From: Candidatus Latescibacterota bacterium
GTDB lineage: Bacteria; Latescibacterota; UBA2968; GCA-2709665
Reading direction: 5' to 3'
Assembly: GCA_965219455.1 (NCBI GenBank)
Contig: OZ244744.1
Location: 3,264,001-3,328,000 of the forward strand
DNA: 64,000 nucleotides
A program made the translations under genes and the position numbers. Below the pieces are notes generated by a model, which made no database searches, was not told the origin of the DNA, and was given only the letters and a program-made list of their open reading frames with translations. This document shows positions 28,946 through 38,285 of this stretch, in pieces. Each line of letters opens with the position of its first letter. Within the stretch, counting starts at the first letter, position 1.

Positions 28946-30013
28946 TCACTGGGCGTACGTCACTTCAGTGAATTGTTCCTTGTCCAGCGGATACCGGTGG
29001 ACGCGCAGCTTCCGGTCTCTCGACGTCATAAAGATCCCGTGGGTGGTAAACCAGTTTCCGATATTGGTTTCCGGCGCCTGCAGGAGCCTTCCCGGCGCGT
29101 GCACGTCGAACGAGAAATCCACCAGTTCGTCCACGGTGCGCATCGATTGGAACGGGTCGAGGTGACAGGCCACGTACTGGATCCGGTTCTGGGAGTTGTA
29201 ATACGAGGTGCTCGCCCACCAGTCCGGATCGGCCTCTCGGGACGGGCGCTGAAGGTCCGGGTCCTGCCAGTGGTTGGTCTCGACAACCATCCCGTTTTCA
29301 GGTTCCCTAAGGGCAATATTCTCCGATTCCAGTTCGAACCCGACCATATCGCCCGACGCGTCAACGGCCGCTCCCGTGAGTCCCTTGATGCCCGAGATCC
29401 GGTACTGACGGAGGAAGTGCCGCACGTCGTCGCAGTCGGAGCAATACTGGACGAGCAGGTGAGTGGTGAAATAGAGATTGACGTGTTCCGGGTTGGCGCC
29501 CGGGTTGAATTTCCGGTGGCCCGACGCGCAGCCCACCAGTAACCCGGCGTCGTTGATCGCCGTGCCCACGGTGGTGCCGAACCGTTCTCCGATGCCGACC
29601 AGCCCGCGCGGCCTGCTGTCTGGAAGGCTCATCAGGATTTTATCCTTCACGAAATCCTCAACCCTGCTGACCGAACTCGTATCGTAGGTCCTCACCATTG
29701 CCGGACCGTCGTCCTTAAGCATGATGCCCAGCGCCGAGCATCCGTCCAGGTCGGCGGCGGTAAAGTAGACATGCAGCAGATACGTATGATCGAAGCTTTC
29801 AATCCCCGCCGCCTCGCCGTACGCCTCCATCTGCGCCACCAGTTCCGGGAATTCCCGCCGCATGAAGGACATGTTCTCACGGAAGTAGCTCTCCTCGAAG
29901 TTCTGGGGCTGTTTCAACCTTCGCGCCAACTCCCGCTGGGCATATTCGGGATTGAGCGCACCCTGTGCCCGTCCCGCTTCGGCCGGACCTCCCCTGAAGG
30001 TGTATTTTTCCAA
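28946..30013 (-). CDS. C45-family Ntn-hydrolase (paralogue of 24300..25364)
   Basis: DG-CSA, AINDAGL, TNHW. Near-identical blocks with the paralogue (FMRREFP, CDDVRHF, VDFSFDVHAPGR). Confidence 0.75.
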   Translation of the reverse strand: MEKYTFRGGPAEAGRAQGALNPEYAQRELARRLKQPQNFEESYFRENMSFMRREFPELVAQMEAYGEAAGIESFDHTYLLHVYFTAADLDGCSALGIMLKDDGPAMVRTYDTSSVSRVEDFVKDKILMSLPDSRPRGLVGIGERFGTTVGTAINDAGLLVGCASGHRKFNPGANPEHVNLYFTTHLLVQYCSDCDDVRHFLRQYRISGIKGLTGAAVDASGDMVGFELESENIALREPENGMVVETNHWQDPDLQRPSREADPDWWASTSYYNSQNRIQYVACHLDPFQSMRTVDELVDFSFDVHAPGRLLQAPETNIGNWFTTHGIFMTSRDRKLRVHRYPLDKEQFTEVTYAQ

Positions 30014-30066
30014 AACCGCGCCCCTTTTCTAAAATCGCTCCGAGACAAAGCAGATCGGATTCCTAC

Positions 30067-30105
30067 TTGACAATTTTTGGTATTGTGGCTACATTGTAAC
30101 TACAA
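30067..30105 (+). promoter_or_regulatory. relB promoter/operator
   Basis: TTGACA (30067), 17 nt, TACATT. Imperfect inverted repeat TTGTGGCTACA-t-TGTAACTACAA overlaps the -10. Confidence 0.55.
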
Positions 30106-30124
30106 ATTTCCGGAGGTTGAAAAT

Positions 30125-30382
30125 ATGGGCAACGATACCATCGTACGTGCCCGGATCGACAGCGATACAAAGGCGCGGGCCACCGAAGCGCTTCATGCTA
30201 TGGGCCTCTCAGTGTCCGATGCAATCCGCCTGCTGCTCTTGCGGGTAGCCGAAGAGAAGCGGCTGCCGTTCGCTCTGCAGGTCCCGAATCCTACCACCGT
30301 CAAGGCGATGAAGGAACTGGAAAAGGGTAAGGGCAAGCGATTCAGCAGCGCCGACGAATTGTTCCGGGATCTTGGCATTTGA
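30125..30382 (+). CDS. dinJ: RelB/DinJ antitoxin
   Basis: VRARIDSDTK..A...L..MGLSVSDAIRLLL.RVA.EKRLPF...PN.TT..AM.E. GGAGG SD. Confidence 0.9.
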   Translation: MGNDTIVRARIDSDTKARATEALHAMGLSVSDAIRLLLLRVAEEKRLPFALQVPNPTTVKAMKELEKGKGKRFSSADELFRDLGI

Positions 30383-30383
30383 C

Positions 30384-30425
30384 ATGCTGGCTCCCGTTCG
30401 GTCGGCGTTCTACAAATACGCGTAA
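30384..30425 (+). pseudogene. YafQ toxin 5' stub
   Basis: ATG 1 nt after the antitoxin stop, reading MLAPVRSAF (YafQ-like start), then runs into the convergent GNAT gene. Confidence 0.55.
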
Positions 30426-30919
30426 TAGATGATCTCTTTGCGCTCGATGTTGAACCCTGCCTTCTCGTAGGCCCTCCGGGCGCCGGCCTGGGCGTCGTTC
30501 AGACCGGTTCGCACCTGGGCGTATTTCAGCCCCGCCTCCCGGAACCGATTCATGACGAAGTCGTACATCTTCGTCCCGATTCCCTGCCCCTGCAATCCGG
30601 CTGCCACGGCGTTAAGGCCGACGATTCCAATCCCCTTCTTCGTATCCAGCAGATAGGTGATGAACGCAACCACCTCGCCGGTCTCGCGCGACGCCACGAC
30701 GAACGCCCAGTCCGGGTGTTCCGTCAGGTGGCGTCCCACGCTGGCCTTGATGTTCTCGGGCCAGTTCGCATAGAGCACTTCGAACAGTTCCTCGCCCCAT
30801 TTCTCTTCGTGCAGTCCGAAAATCGGCTCCCACGCCTGGCGGATGATTTCCCCAATCCGGTCCAGATCATCTCCGGTTGCGGCGCGAATCCGGTATCTGT
30901 CGTCCATATCCCCTCGCAT
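30410..30919 (-). CDS. GNAT family N-acetyltransferase
   Basis: IRAATGDD, NAV....QGQGIGT, ARRAYEKAGF. Confidence 0.9.
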   Translation of the reverse strand: MRGDMDDRYRIRAATGDDLDRIGEIIRQAWEPIFGLHEEKWGEELFEVLYANWPENIKASVGRHLTEHPDWAFVVASRETGEVVAFITYLLDTKKGIGIVGLNAVAAGLQGQGIGTKMYDFVMNRFREAGLKYAQVRTGLNDAQAGARRAYEKAGFNIERKEIIYYAYL

Positions 30920-30934
30920 CGTCTCGGCTGCGTG

Positions 30935-32014
30935 CTATAATGTATCCGGAAAACGCACGCCCAGTCGTTCTGCCCACGCCTCCAGTTCGTCATGCACATC
31001 CGGTTCCAGGGGGACTCCGTGAATCTCGCATTCCCGCCGGGTTCGCTCCATTCGTTCGCCGGGCAACCTGATCTCATCGGACTCACCGTCCAGGGGATTG
31101 TCCTTGAGATCGGCAATGAAGTCCGCCATACGCGCTTCGAACTCCGCCACGGGCATGAACGCCTCAATGTCGATGGCGATGCAACAGTGGCTGACCGCGT
31201 GGGTCTTGTCCGTTCTGTCCGCCTGATCGCGGGGCGTGATATCACTCAGAAAAGCGGCGCCGCCCAGCACGCCCGTCAGCACCTCCACGAGAATGGCCAG
31301 ACCCGCGCCCTTGTGGACACCAATGGGCAGTGTTGTACCACCGCCGATTACGGCCTGTGGATCGTCGGTGGGCCTGCCGTCCCGGTCGAACCCCCGTATA
31401 TCCCGCGGAATCCGTCTGCCCTCTCGAATCCACTGCCTCATCCTGCCCCCGGAGGCGGTCATGCATGCGTCGAACAGGATCGGAAAACCGCCGGCAGTGG
31501 GTATGCCGAACCCCATTGGCGTGTTGCCGATGACCGAGCCGCGGGCGCCCGGATATCCCATGGAACCCTTGGTGTTCGAGAACGCAATGCCGATCATGCC
31601 GGCGTTGGCCGCTTCCAGGCAATACGGTACCGCAGCGAGAAAATGGTTGTTACGTACGATCAGAGCGATCCCGATGCCACCCTCCCGGGCCTTCCGGATC
31701 GCCAGCCGCATCGCCTTCATACAACCGACAATGCCAACGCCGTGGTCTCCCTCGATGACCGCGGTCATGCCCCGATCGCTCAGGACCGGCTGATCCGGAT
31801 TGGCGCGGATCGTACCATCGTCCAGCCCCCGAAGATTGAAAGGGACAAGCCGGAGCCCGTGGGTTGTATTGCCGCGGATTTCCTGGCTGAGAATCGCTCG
31901 GGCAATCGTTTCCGCATCCCCGCCGGGCACGCCGGCAGCCAGGAACAGGTTGCGCACGAATGTTTCCAGCACGCCGGCATCCATACGGGTTTCAGCCTCT
32001 TTGACGCCATCCAT
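30935..32014 (-). CDS. Ldh2-family (malate/L-lactate/ureidoglycolate/sulfolactate) dehydrogenase
   Basis: RG.TTHG, RNNHF, IGNTP, HKGAGL...VEVL.GVL, RLPGE. Confidence 0.9.
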   Translation of the reverse strand: MDGVKEAETRMDAGVLETFVRNLFLAAGVPGGDAETIARAILSQEIRGNTTHGLRLVPFNLRGLDDGTIRANPDQPVLSDRGMTAVIEGDHGVGIVGCMKAMRLAIRKAREGGIGIALIVRNNHFLAAVPYCLEAANAGMIGIAFSNTKGSMGYPGARGSVIGNTPMGFGIPTAGGFPILFDACMTASGGRMRQWIREGRRIPRDIRGFDRDGRPTDDPQAVIGGGTTLPIGVHKGAGLAILVEVLTGVLGGAAFLSDITPRDQADRTDKTHAVSHCCIAIDIEAFMPVAEFEARMADFIADLKDNPLDGESDEIRLPGERMERTRRECEIHGVPLEPDVHDELEAWAERLGVRFPDTL

Positions 32015-32077
32015 ATTCTCAATCTCCCGTATTCAGTTGTCTCAAGCGCGGATTTCGCGTGGAATTATTGCCAGGAT

Positions 32078-32166
32078 CCCGAGCCGCTTCCCAAGCCGCT
32101 CCCTGAGCTTGTCGAAGGGTCGGCGAAGGGTAGCGAAACGCGGGCATTTCGACAAGCTCAATGACC
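32078..32166. repeat. CCTGAGCTTGTCGAAGG...TTCGACAAGCTCA intergenic inverted-repeat element
   Basis: TGAGCTTGTCGAA / TTCGACAAGCTCA arms. Related copies at about 40848-40910 and 58297-58316. Confidence 0.65.
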
Positions 32167-32275
32167 ACGTTTCGGCAAGAACGGGACTACAGAGGATAAT
32201 GATGTAAACTTTAAAGTGCTCCCCGCGACATACAAGCCATGGGGGAAGTGTGCCAAATACGTGATATGTCTGTCT

Positions 32276-33379
32276 CTAGTTCACCCGGAGCCGTGCCCAG
32301 CGCGTGTGCGTGACGCCTCCGACCGTACACCAGAAATACGTCATCAGATCCCCGTCGGCGAGGCGGATTCCGCCGGGTTTGCCGAAAGCGATCTGCATAT
32401 GTTCGGCCAGGAAATTATCCGTCTCCGGCTCTCCGAGGGTTGCCTCGGCCCCCGCGTCGAAAACCACGACCTGATCCTCCACGTCAAATGTTTCCAGGTC
32501 GTCGCTCAGGGCCACGCGGATACCCTGCGGATCGCGGCGGAAATTATAGATGGCCGCCACCCGTCCGTCAGCCAGCGCGATGGGCGCGCAGACCTGCCCG
32601 TGCAGATTCGTGGGCCGGGGGTTCGACCACGTGCGCCCGCCGTCATCGGAGACGGTCCAGTGGTTGGGAAGGTCCTCCGACGTCCCGTAACGGTGCGTCC
32701 AGAGCATCGCATAGATTCGACCGTCCGGCAGCAACGTACACATCTGGTCCCACCAGAGCAACGCCCCCGAAGGGTCGTCGGCAACCACGGTAAACGCCCC
32801 CCACGTTCGTCCCTGGTCCGACGAAAATACCGCCGCCGCCTTCTGATCGGGCGGACCCGCATACCCCTCCGGCTTCCAGGTCTCCAGGGGATACATCCAC
32901 CGGTCGGGAGCGAGCTGAAGAAGCACGCCGGCGCCGTTACACGTGTATTTCTCGGGAGGCAGGTCCACGTGGACGGCCTGGGGCGCCGACCAGGTGCGCC
33001 CCGCGTCATCCGACCGGAACAGCAGCATCTCCGGTCGCTGCAGCACCTCCGAGTTCGGATCGAACAGCTTGCCGGACCGCATTTCGAAACGCGTCGCGGT
33101 CATCACCAGCCGGTTGCCGGGCGCCTCGCTGACGTGGGGACTCCTGTAGGTCCATCCATCTTCCGGGGGTCCGCCGCCGTGGATGCTGCCCTCGTTCACC
33201 CATGTCGCGGCCCCATCGGTGGAGCGAAGGACTTCGATATGGTTGTCAGGGGAACCCAGACTCTCGCCCACGTGCTGGCAGGCGATCATGCTCCCGTCAG
33301 ACAACGGGGTGATGGCCGGCATGTACGCCCCCATCCCGCGCCGCCATGAAAGGATGCCGCTGTCAACGACCTCGATCAT
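32276..33379 (-). CDS. Sialidase/BNR (Asp-box) family protein
   Basis: Multiple S.D.G.TW Asp boxes (STDGAATW, SDDAGRTW, SSDQGRTW, SDDGGRTW). Confidence 0.85.
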   Translation of the reverse strand: MIEVVDSGILSWRRGMGAYMPAITPLSDGSMIACQHVGESLGSPDNHIEVLRSTDGAATWVNEGSIHGGGPPEDGWTYRSPHVSEAPGNRLVMTATRFEMRSGKLFDPNSEVLQRPEMLLFRSDDAGRTWSAPQAVHVDLPPEKYTCNGAGVLLQLAPDRWMYPLETWKPEGYAGPPDQKAAAVFSSDQGRTWGAFTVVADDPSGALLWWDQMCTLLPDGRIYAMLWTHRYGTSEDLPNHWTVSDDGGRTWSNPRPTNLHGQVCAPIALADGRVAAIYNFRRDPQGIRVALSDDLETFDVEDQVVVFDAGAEATLGEPETDNFLAEHMQIAFGKPGGIRLADGDLMTYFWCTVGGVTHTRWARLRVN

Positions 33380-33465
33380 TAAACCGCGACTCCGTTAAAA
33401 AATACGCTGCAAATTACCTCGTGGCGCCGCGGGCAATCCTCGCTGCGCTTCGCGGACCAGGGAGG

Positions 33466-35481
33466 CTATCGCCACGTCATCTCTACCGCCAGGAACTCCG
33501 TTTCATTCGACATTCTGATTGGCAGCGTGACCTCCCGGCCGCGGACCAGAGAAGAGGGTAGCTCGTCGGTACCCGCGTAAACATCGACCAGGGACGCGAC
33601 CTCCGCCCCCTCCGGCGCATGCATCACCAGATTCGTCCGGTACTCCAGGCCCACGTAGTTGAAGATCAGACAGACCAGGCAGCCGTCGCCGATCATCGGA
33701 AACAACTCCATGGTCGGCACGTCGCGGCGGTCCCACGGCCGCAGGTCCCGGTACGCGTTCTCCGGCGGATAGGGCCAGAGGCGGGCAACCGGCTCATCTT
33801 GCGCCAGCCATTTCAGGATATTCCGCAGCAGCGGTATACCGTCCGTAGGCGTCCGGACGCCGCCGTGGTCTCCGGGTGTCACGTAGCTGAACTCCGGGAC
33901 CCCCGCCAGCCAGACCTGTCTGCCGCCGTTTTCCTCGTTCACGACCAGCGCCGGCTTCCCGTCGATTTCGCCGACCGTCTCCCCGTCGATGCCCGGCTCG
34001 GAAAACACCGATTGCAGCATTACAGGCAGTGAAATGTCCTCCAGAAAAGGGTGGTCCGTTCGCACGAGGCGCATCTCGGCGCTGTCGGTGGTTTCGCCTT
34101 CAGGCGGCAGACACGACCCCTCTCCCGGCCAATCCCGGCTCGGGGTCCGCCCCACCCAGAGCAGACCCTTGCCCGAATCGGCATGCGCCTGCAGTACGGC
34201 CCTCTGTTCGCCGGTCAGGCAGTGGGTATCCGGCAGGATCGCCGGCCCTTCCAGCGCCGCCCCGGCGTCAGCGAGTCGCCCGTCGAAGTGCCAGCGCCAC
34301 GGCAGTCCGACGTGGTTCATGACGTCGGGCCAGATCGCCAGCGCTTTCCGGCCCCATCCGGTTTCCGGATTCCCGTATATTTCCGTCTGAGTGGGGTTGA
34401 TTACGGTGGCGTACGCATAGGGTTTTGTCTTCTCGAGATAGGGAATGAGTTTCCCCGCCTCGTGGAATCCGTCCAGAAAACCGGGTATGATACGGGCCAG
34501 ATCATTGGAATACGGCGTGATATTGTCCGCGCCGAGCGCGTAGGGAACGGCGCCGGCCATGAATCCGTCGCGGCGGGTCAGTTCCGGACCGCCCAGGGGC
34601 GGTCTGAATGCCTGCGGATAGATGTTCATCGAACGCCCGACCGTGGCGCCGGCGAGTGTCCGGGTCGCCTCGGTCAGGATCCGGCGCGCGGGCCGGTAGG
34701 TGAAATGCGAAGTATGGTTATGGTGATAGGGATCCGTACACAGCACGTCCTGAGCCAGGGCGTCCTGCGAGAGATCGATCCCCGCCCGCCAGATATTATC
34801 GTTAAAGGACACGACCACCGGCGAATATTGAATGCCGACCATGACGTCGGGGCGCTCGTTCTTGATTTGCGCGCGGAACCAGGCATGGACCTCGGTCCAC
34901 CGCGCCATTCTGCGCTGTATCCAGGCCCACCACGCCTTCGATTCCCAGTCGAAGTCAGCAGGGGGCGGTGTCCCGTATTCCCGTACGTATTCGGAAACGC
35001 AATAGTCGCAGTAGCAACCGATGTCGCCGTTAGCGAATCCGATGGCGGCCTCGTCGTTCAGATGGATCTCCCGCAGTGCCGGCAGCCCGATTACTTTCCT
35101 CAAGAGATCGAGGTATTCCGCCTTGTTCTCCGGCTGAAACGGGCACAGCCACTTCGTTCGCACGAGGTTGTCGCTGTCCAGGGAGGTCCCCGAGCCGCCG
35201 ACGCACACCATAGCCCGTTCCGGATGGTCCCGAAGAAAAGTCTCCCGGTACTTCATATATCCGGTGAATACGGTCATCCCCAGCCCGAATTCCTCGGCCC
35301 ACGCGCCAAATTGACACACCTGTTCCGAGTCGAATCCCTGGCCGGTGAATTTCCTTTTCCCCGTTTTCAGGGAGACGCCGATATCCGTAAACCCCTCTCG
35401 GCTGACCCGCGCCACGTGATCGCGCGAATAACTCACTTTCTGAATGTTCAGAAGGGCCGTGCGGCGTATTTTCCGTTTCAT
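33466..35481 (-). CDS. GH42-like TIM-barrel + trimerization-domain protein
   Basis: WLCPFQ, HLNDEA, CYCDYC, TDPYHH. Paralogue of 4759..6855 and 62565..>64000. Confidence 0.6.
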   Translation of the reverse strand: MKRKIRRTALLNIQKVSYSRDHVARVSREGFTDIGVSLKTGKRKFTGQGFDSEQVCQFGAWAEEFGLGMTVFTGYMKYRETFLRDHPERAMVCVGGSGTSLDSDNLVRTKWLCPFQPENKAEYLDLLRKVIGLPALREIHLNDEAAIGFANGDIGCYCDYCVSEYVREYGTPPPADFDWESKAWWAWIQRRMARWTEVHAWFRAQIKNERPDVMVGIQYSPVVVSFNDNIWRAGIDLSQDALAQDVLCTDPYHHNHTSHFTYRPARRILTEATRTLAGATVGRSMNIYPQAFRPPLGGPELTRRDGFMAGAVPYALGADNITPYSNDLARIIPGFLDGFHEAGKLIPYLEKTKPYAYATVINPTQTEIYGNPETGWGRKALAIWPDVMNHVGLPWRWHFDGRLADAGAALEGPAILPDTHCLTGEQRAVLQAHADSGKGLLWVGRTPSRDWPGEGSCLPPEGETTDSAEMRLVRTDHPFLEDISLPVMLQSVFSEPGIDGETVGEIDGKPALVVNEENGGRQVWLAGVPEFSYVTPGDHGGVRTPTDGIPLLRNILKWLAQDEPVARLWPYPPENAYRDLRPWDRRDVPTMELFPMIGDGCLVCLIFNYVGLEYRTNLVMHAPEGAEVASLVDVYAGTDELPSSLVRGREVTLPIRMSNETEFLAVEMTWR

Positions 35482-35611
35482 TCGATTTCCTCGAAACCCC
35501 GGTCGATTACGATCATTTGGCACACCTCCGGCGACCGCGCCTGATCACGTTAATCTCGAGACGAATCCTACGACTCCGGATTCGGTCGCATCCGAAAATT
35601 TACAACGCCAA

Positions 35612-36583
35612 TTAGGATAATCCCTTGTGGCGCCGCACGTTAAGAGCCTTCCATTCAAGAAGCGGCTGGGATTGGATGCGTTTCTGCAGGGATGTATCGT
35701 TGGTTAATATCGACGCATCGATCTCGCCATTTTCCAGCAGAAGGTCGAGGAATGCGCGTTCGGCGCAAGTAAAGGGCAGCACCGCTGAAATCCCTTGCCG
35801 GCATTCTTTGACCAGCATCTCTCCATAGGTTGTCGCCTCCCGGGCCCCTTGTATCGCACCTACGTGGAGCGACGGCACAAGCTGGCTGGCCAACTCTGCA
35901 ACGTCCAGATCCACGTCCGTGACCGAAATTCTGCGCCAGTCTCTGCGATCCATGGCGCCATAGACGACGAAAGCGATTCTGAGTCTATCGCGGTCGAGAT
36001 CCTCCATGGAGAAGATCAGACGGCTGTCGAAAAGATCCCTCGCCCTGCGGCGCGCCACCAGCGCAGAGAGCTTCCCTGCCGCAAGTTCATGAATGTCCAT
36101 CACGGGGATATCCGTGGCCTGCCAGCTGCCAAGCAAGCCGGAGTCCAGGCTGGTGACTGGCCACAAGGGAACGCGGTACATGAAATTGATATCCACGTCG
36201 AGATTGCCGCTCGGCCCGGATGCGCTCTGATAGCGGAGCAACCATTTCCCGCCAGCGTGTTCTTCAGGCATCCGCCTGACTGCGAAATCCTCTCGACGGA
36301 ATACGTCCTGTACCGCTTTTTCGATCCTGGGACGCTCTTCCAGCATGGCGTCCCGTTGCTGAGTCCCCATATAGTTCAAATCTATGTCGATTGATAGTCT
36401 GGGGACGTCGAAGACGAAGAGGTTCAAAGCCGTCCCGCCCTTAAGGACCAGCTTACCCTTGAGGAAGGGGTGACTGTGTAAGACCTCAAGCAGTTCGAGC
36501 AGTCGGACCGCCTTTTCCAGCATGTCGGCTCTGAATCCCGTCGCTTCGGCTTCGGCGGCCAGCTTCTCGGGGGAGATTCTCAA
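35612..36583 (-). CDS. abiEii: AbiEii/AbiGii nucleotidyltransferase toxin (type IV TA)
   Basis: LVLKGGTALNLF....PRLSIDIDL, AGKLSAL..R..ARDLFD. TTG start overlaps the antitoxin stop. Confidence 0.92.
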   Translation of the reverse strand: MRISPEKLAAEAEATGFRADMLEKAVRLLELLEVLHSHPFLKGKLVLKGGTALNLFVFDVPRLSIDIDLNYMGTQQRDAMLEERPRIEKAVQDVFRREDFAVRRMPEEHAGGKWLLRYQSASGPSGNLDVDINFMYRVPLWPVTSLDSGLLGSWQATDIPVMDIHELAAGKLSALVARRRARDLFDSRLIFSMEDLDRDRLRIAFVVYGAMDRRDWRRISVTDVDLDVAELASQLVPSLHVGAIQGAREATTYGEMLVKECRQGISAVLPFTCAERAFLDLLLENGEIDASILTNDTSLQKRIQSQPLLEWKALNVRRHKGLS

Positions 36584-37395
36584 AGGACCTCCGTCCACGA
36601 CCGTTCCAATACGTCATCCGGTACCACCAGGTTCCAGTTCGCCACGAGGCATCCGGGTTTACGTCTGGCGCGGTCCAGGTAATGGGGCTGAAGGGGGCGC
36701 CGGTCACGAAGTGGCCTTAGATGACGATCGTCGATCATTAAGGCGTCACGATGCTGTTCCAGGAAGAAGCCCACCTTCGCGATTGTCGTCGCATTCCCAA
36801 TCAGGAGCGCATACTCCACGACCTGGTCGACGTCGAAGAATTCCACCGATTCCAACGACCGCCAGATTTCCTCCCAGCCCCCCGACAGGTCCGGACGATG
36901 CAGCACGTCCACGAGTGTCCGCTCCAGGCTCGTGGCACGCATCGGAACACCCGAACGTTCCGGGTTCAGCACGCCAAAGTGCTCCGCGCCAAGGCGGAGA
37001 AGCGCCCCTGGAAACTTGACGCCCCGGTAGACTTGAGACCGAAACACAAGCGTTTCCACCGGACGGGACGCGGAATAAATCATGTGGCGCCAAACCGAAT
37101 ACGCCCGCCCGTGAAACTCAAGCGCAGTGTGATGTGACAGGACCGCATCCCGCGTCAGTTTACCGGCAATCAGGTACGGATCGACCGGGTAGGAATCGGG
37201 GTTAGCGCCCGGCGGTATAACCGCATACAGACCGCGCCGCACTCGAACGACTCGACCGGTCTTCCGGTAATAGGCCAGAAACGCTTCCTTTCCTCTTGCC
37301 CCGCCCCCCCCTCGGCATGTGAGATGCCTGGCCAGCGTCTCTCCGGTGAAGACCGGATGCAGGCGAAGAAACACTTCGTGTTTTACGACGGCCAT
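36580..37395 (-). CDS. abiEi: AbiEi antitoxin / transcriptional regulator
   Basis: RVRRGLYAV, SHHTALEFHG, TSLERTLVD. Confidence 0.88.
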   Translation of the reverse strand: MAVVKHEVFLRLHPVFTGETLARHLTCRGGGGARGKEAFLAYYRKTGRVVRVRRGLYAVIPPGANPDSYPVDPYLIAGKLTRDAVLSHHTALEFHGRAYSVWRHMIYSASRPVETLVFRSQVYRGVKFPGALLRLGAEHFGVLNPERSGVPMRATSLERTLVDVLHRPDLSGGWEEIWRSLESVEFFDVDQVVEYALLIGNATTIAKVGFFLEQHRDALMIDDRHLRPLRDRRPLQPHYLDRARRKPGCLVANWNLVVPDDVLERSWTEVL

Positions 37396-37637
37396 ACTTG
37401 ACTTTCTATCGAATTTCCCGGGGTTTTTTTGGACTTATCGATTGATCTCCCGAATCGCCTATCCGGACAAGTTGATAATATATTATAAATCCCATAAATA
37501 TATTATGGTTTTTATGTATAAATGTCAACTTCAATTCCCAAGTCAGCTCGGATATCGTGATGCAGGTCTCTGCAGCAGGGACTATTTTTCTGACTCCTCC
37601 GGGAATCTGACCTGATCACGCCGTTTCGCCTCTCTCC

Positions 37638-38255
37638 CTATCGCCCGGCGGGTCTATACCTCGGCATGAAGGCGCGTCCGTAGAACATCGAGATGAGTTC
37701 CGGCGGCACGTGCTCAACGCCGCCGTGCCAGCCGAGATCGGGGTGGTCTGAACGCCTGTTGAAGCGCACCGAGAGCGAGTGGGCGCGGAACGTCCCTCCG
37801 AGCAACTCCGTAGCTATTCCAAGTAAGCGGGGCTTCGACAGGACGGTCAGAAAAACCGGGTCCAGTCCAAGCACGTTCTCGATGAGCAGGCGATGGAGAT
37901 AAAGTTCGCCCGACTCCGATACCGTCCGATGCCCCCACCAGATTGCACCCTCTTTGAAGTCGTTGTATTTCTTCGGGGGAGGCGGGCGCTGGAAAGGGCG
38001 GTCGCCAAGGGACGCGAGGATTTCTTCTCTGGCTGTTTTCGCCACGGCCTCGATCGATCCAAGCTCACCTTCTGTAAACAGATCGTCCACGATCATATAG
38101 CCGAATAACTCGAACCGGAGTCTTTCCTCCAGCGTCAGGGCTGGAAATGGAAAGTCCTGGTCTCCTTTTTGGTATGGATGATCCGAGAAGACGATGGCGC
38201 CGAGCTTTCTACGGGCCTCTTCATGCGCGGGGTCCGACATTTGTAATTTCACCAT
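37638..38255 (-). pseudogene. Phytanoyl-CoA dioxygenase (PhyH) paralogue with in-frame internal deletion
   Basis: Colinear with 44113..45066 up to LGWHGGV, then jumps to HVP.EL...FYGRAF.PRYRP. About 115 aa including the distal His and the 2OG-binding Arg are missing. Confidence 0.8.
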
Positions 38256-38285
38256 TTCGCCATCTCCCGGTTTGAGACCGTCACA

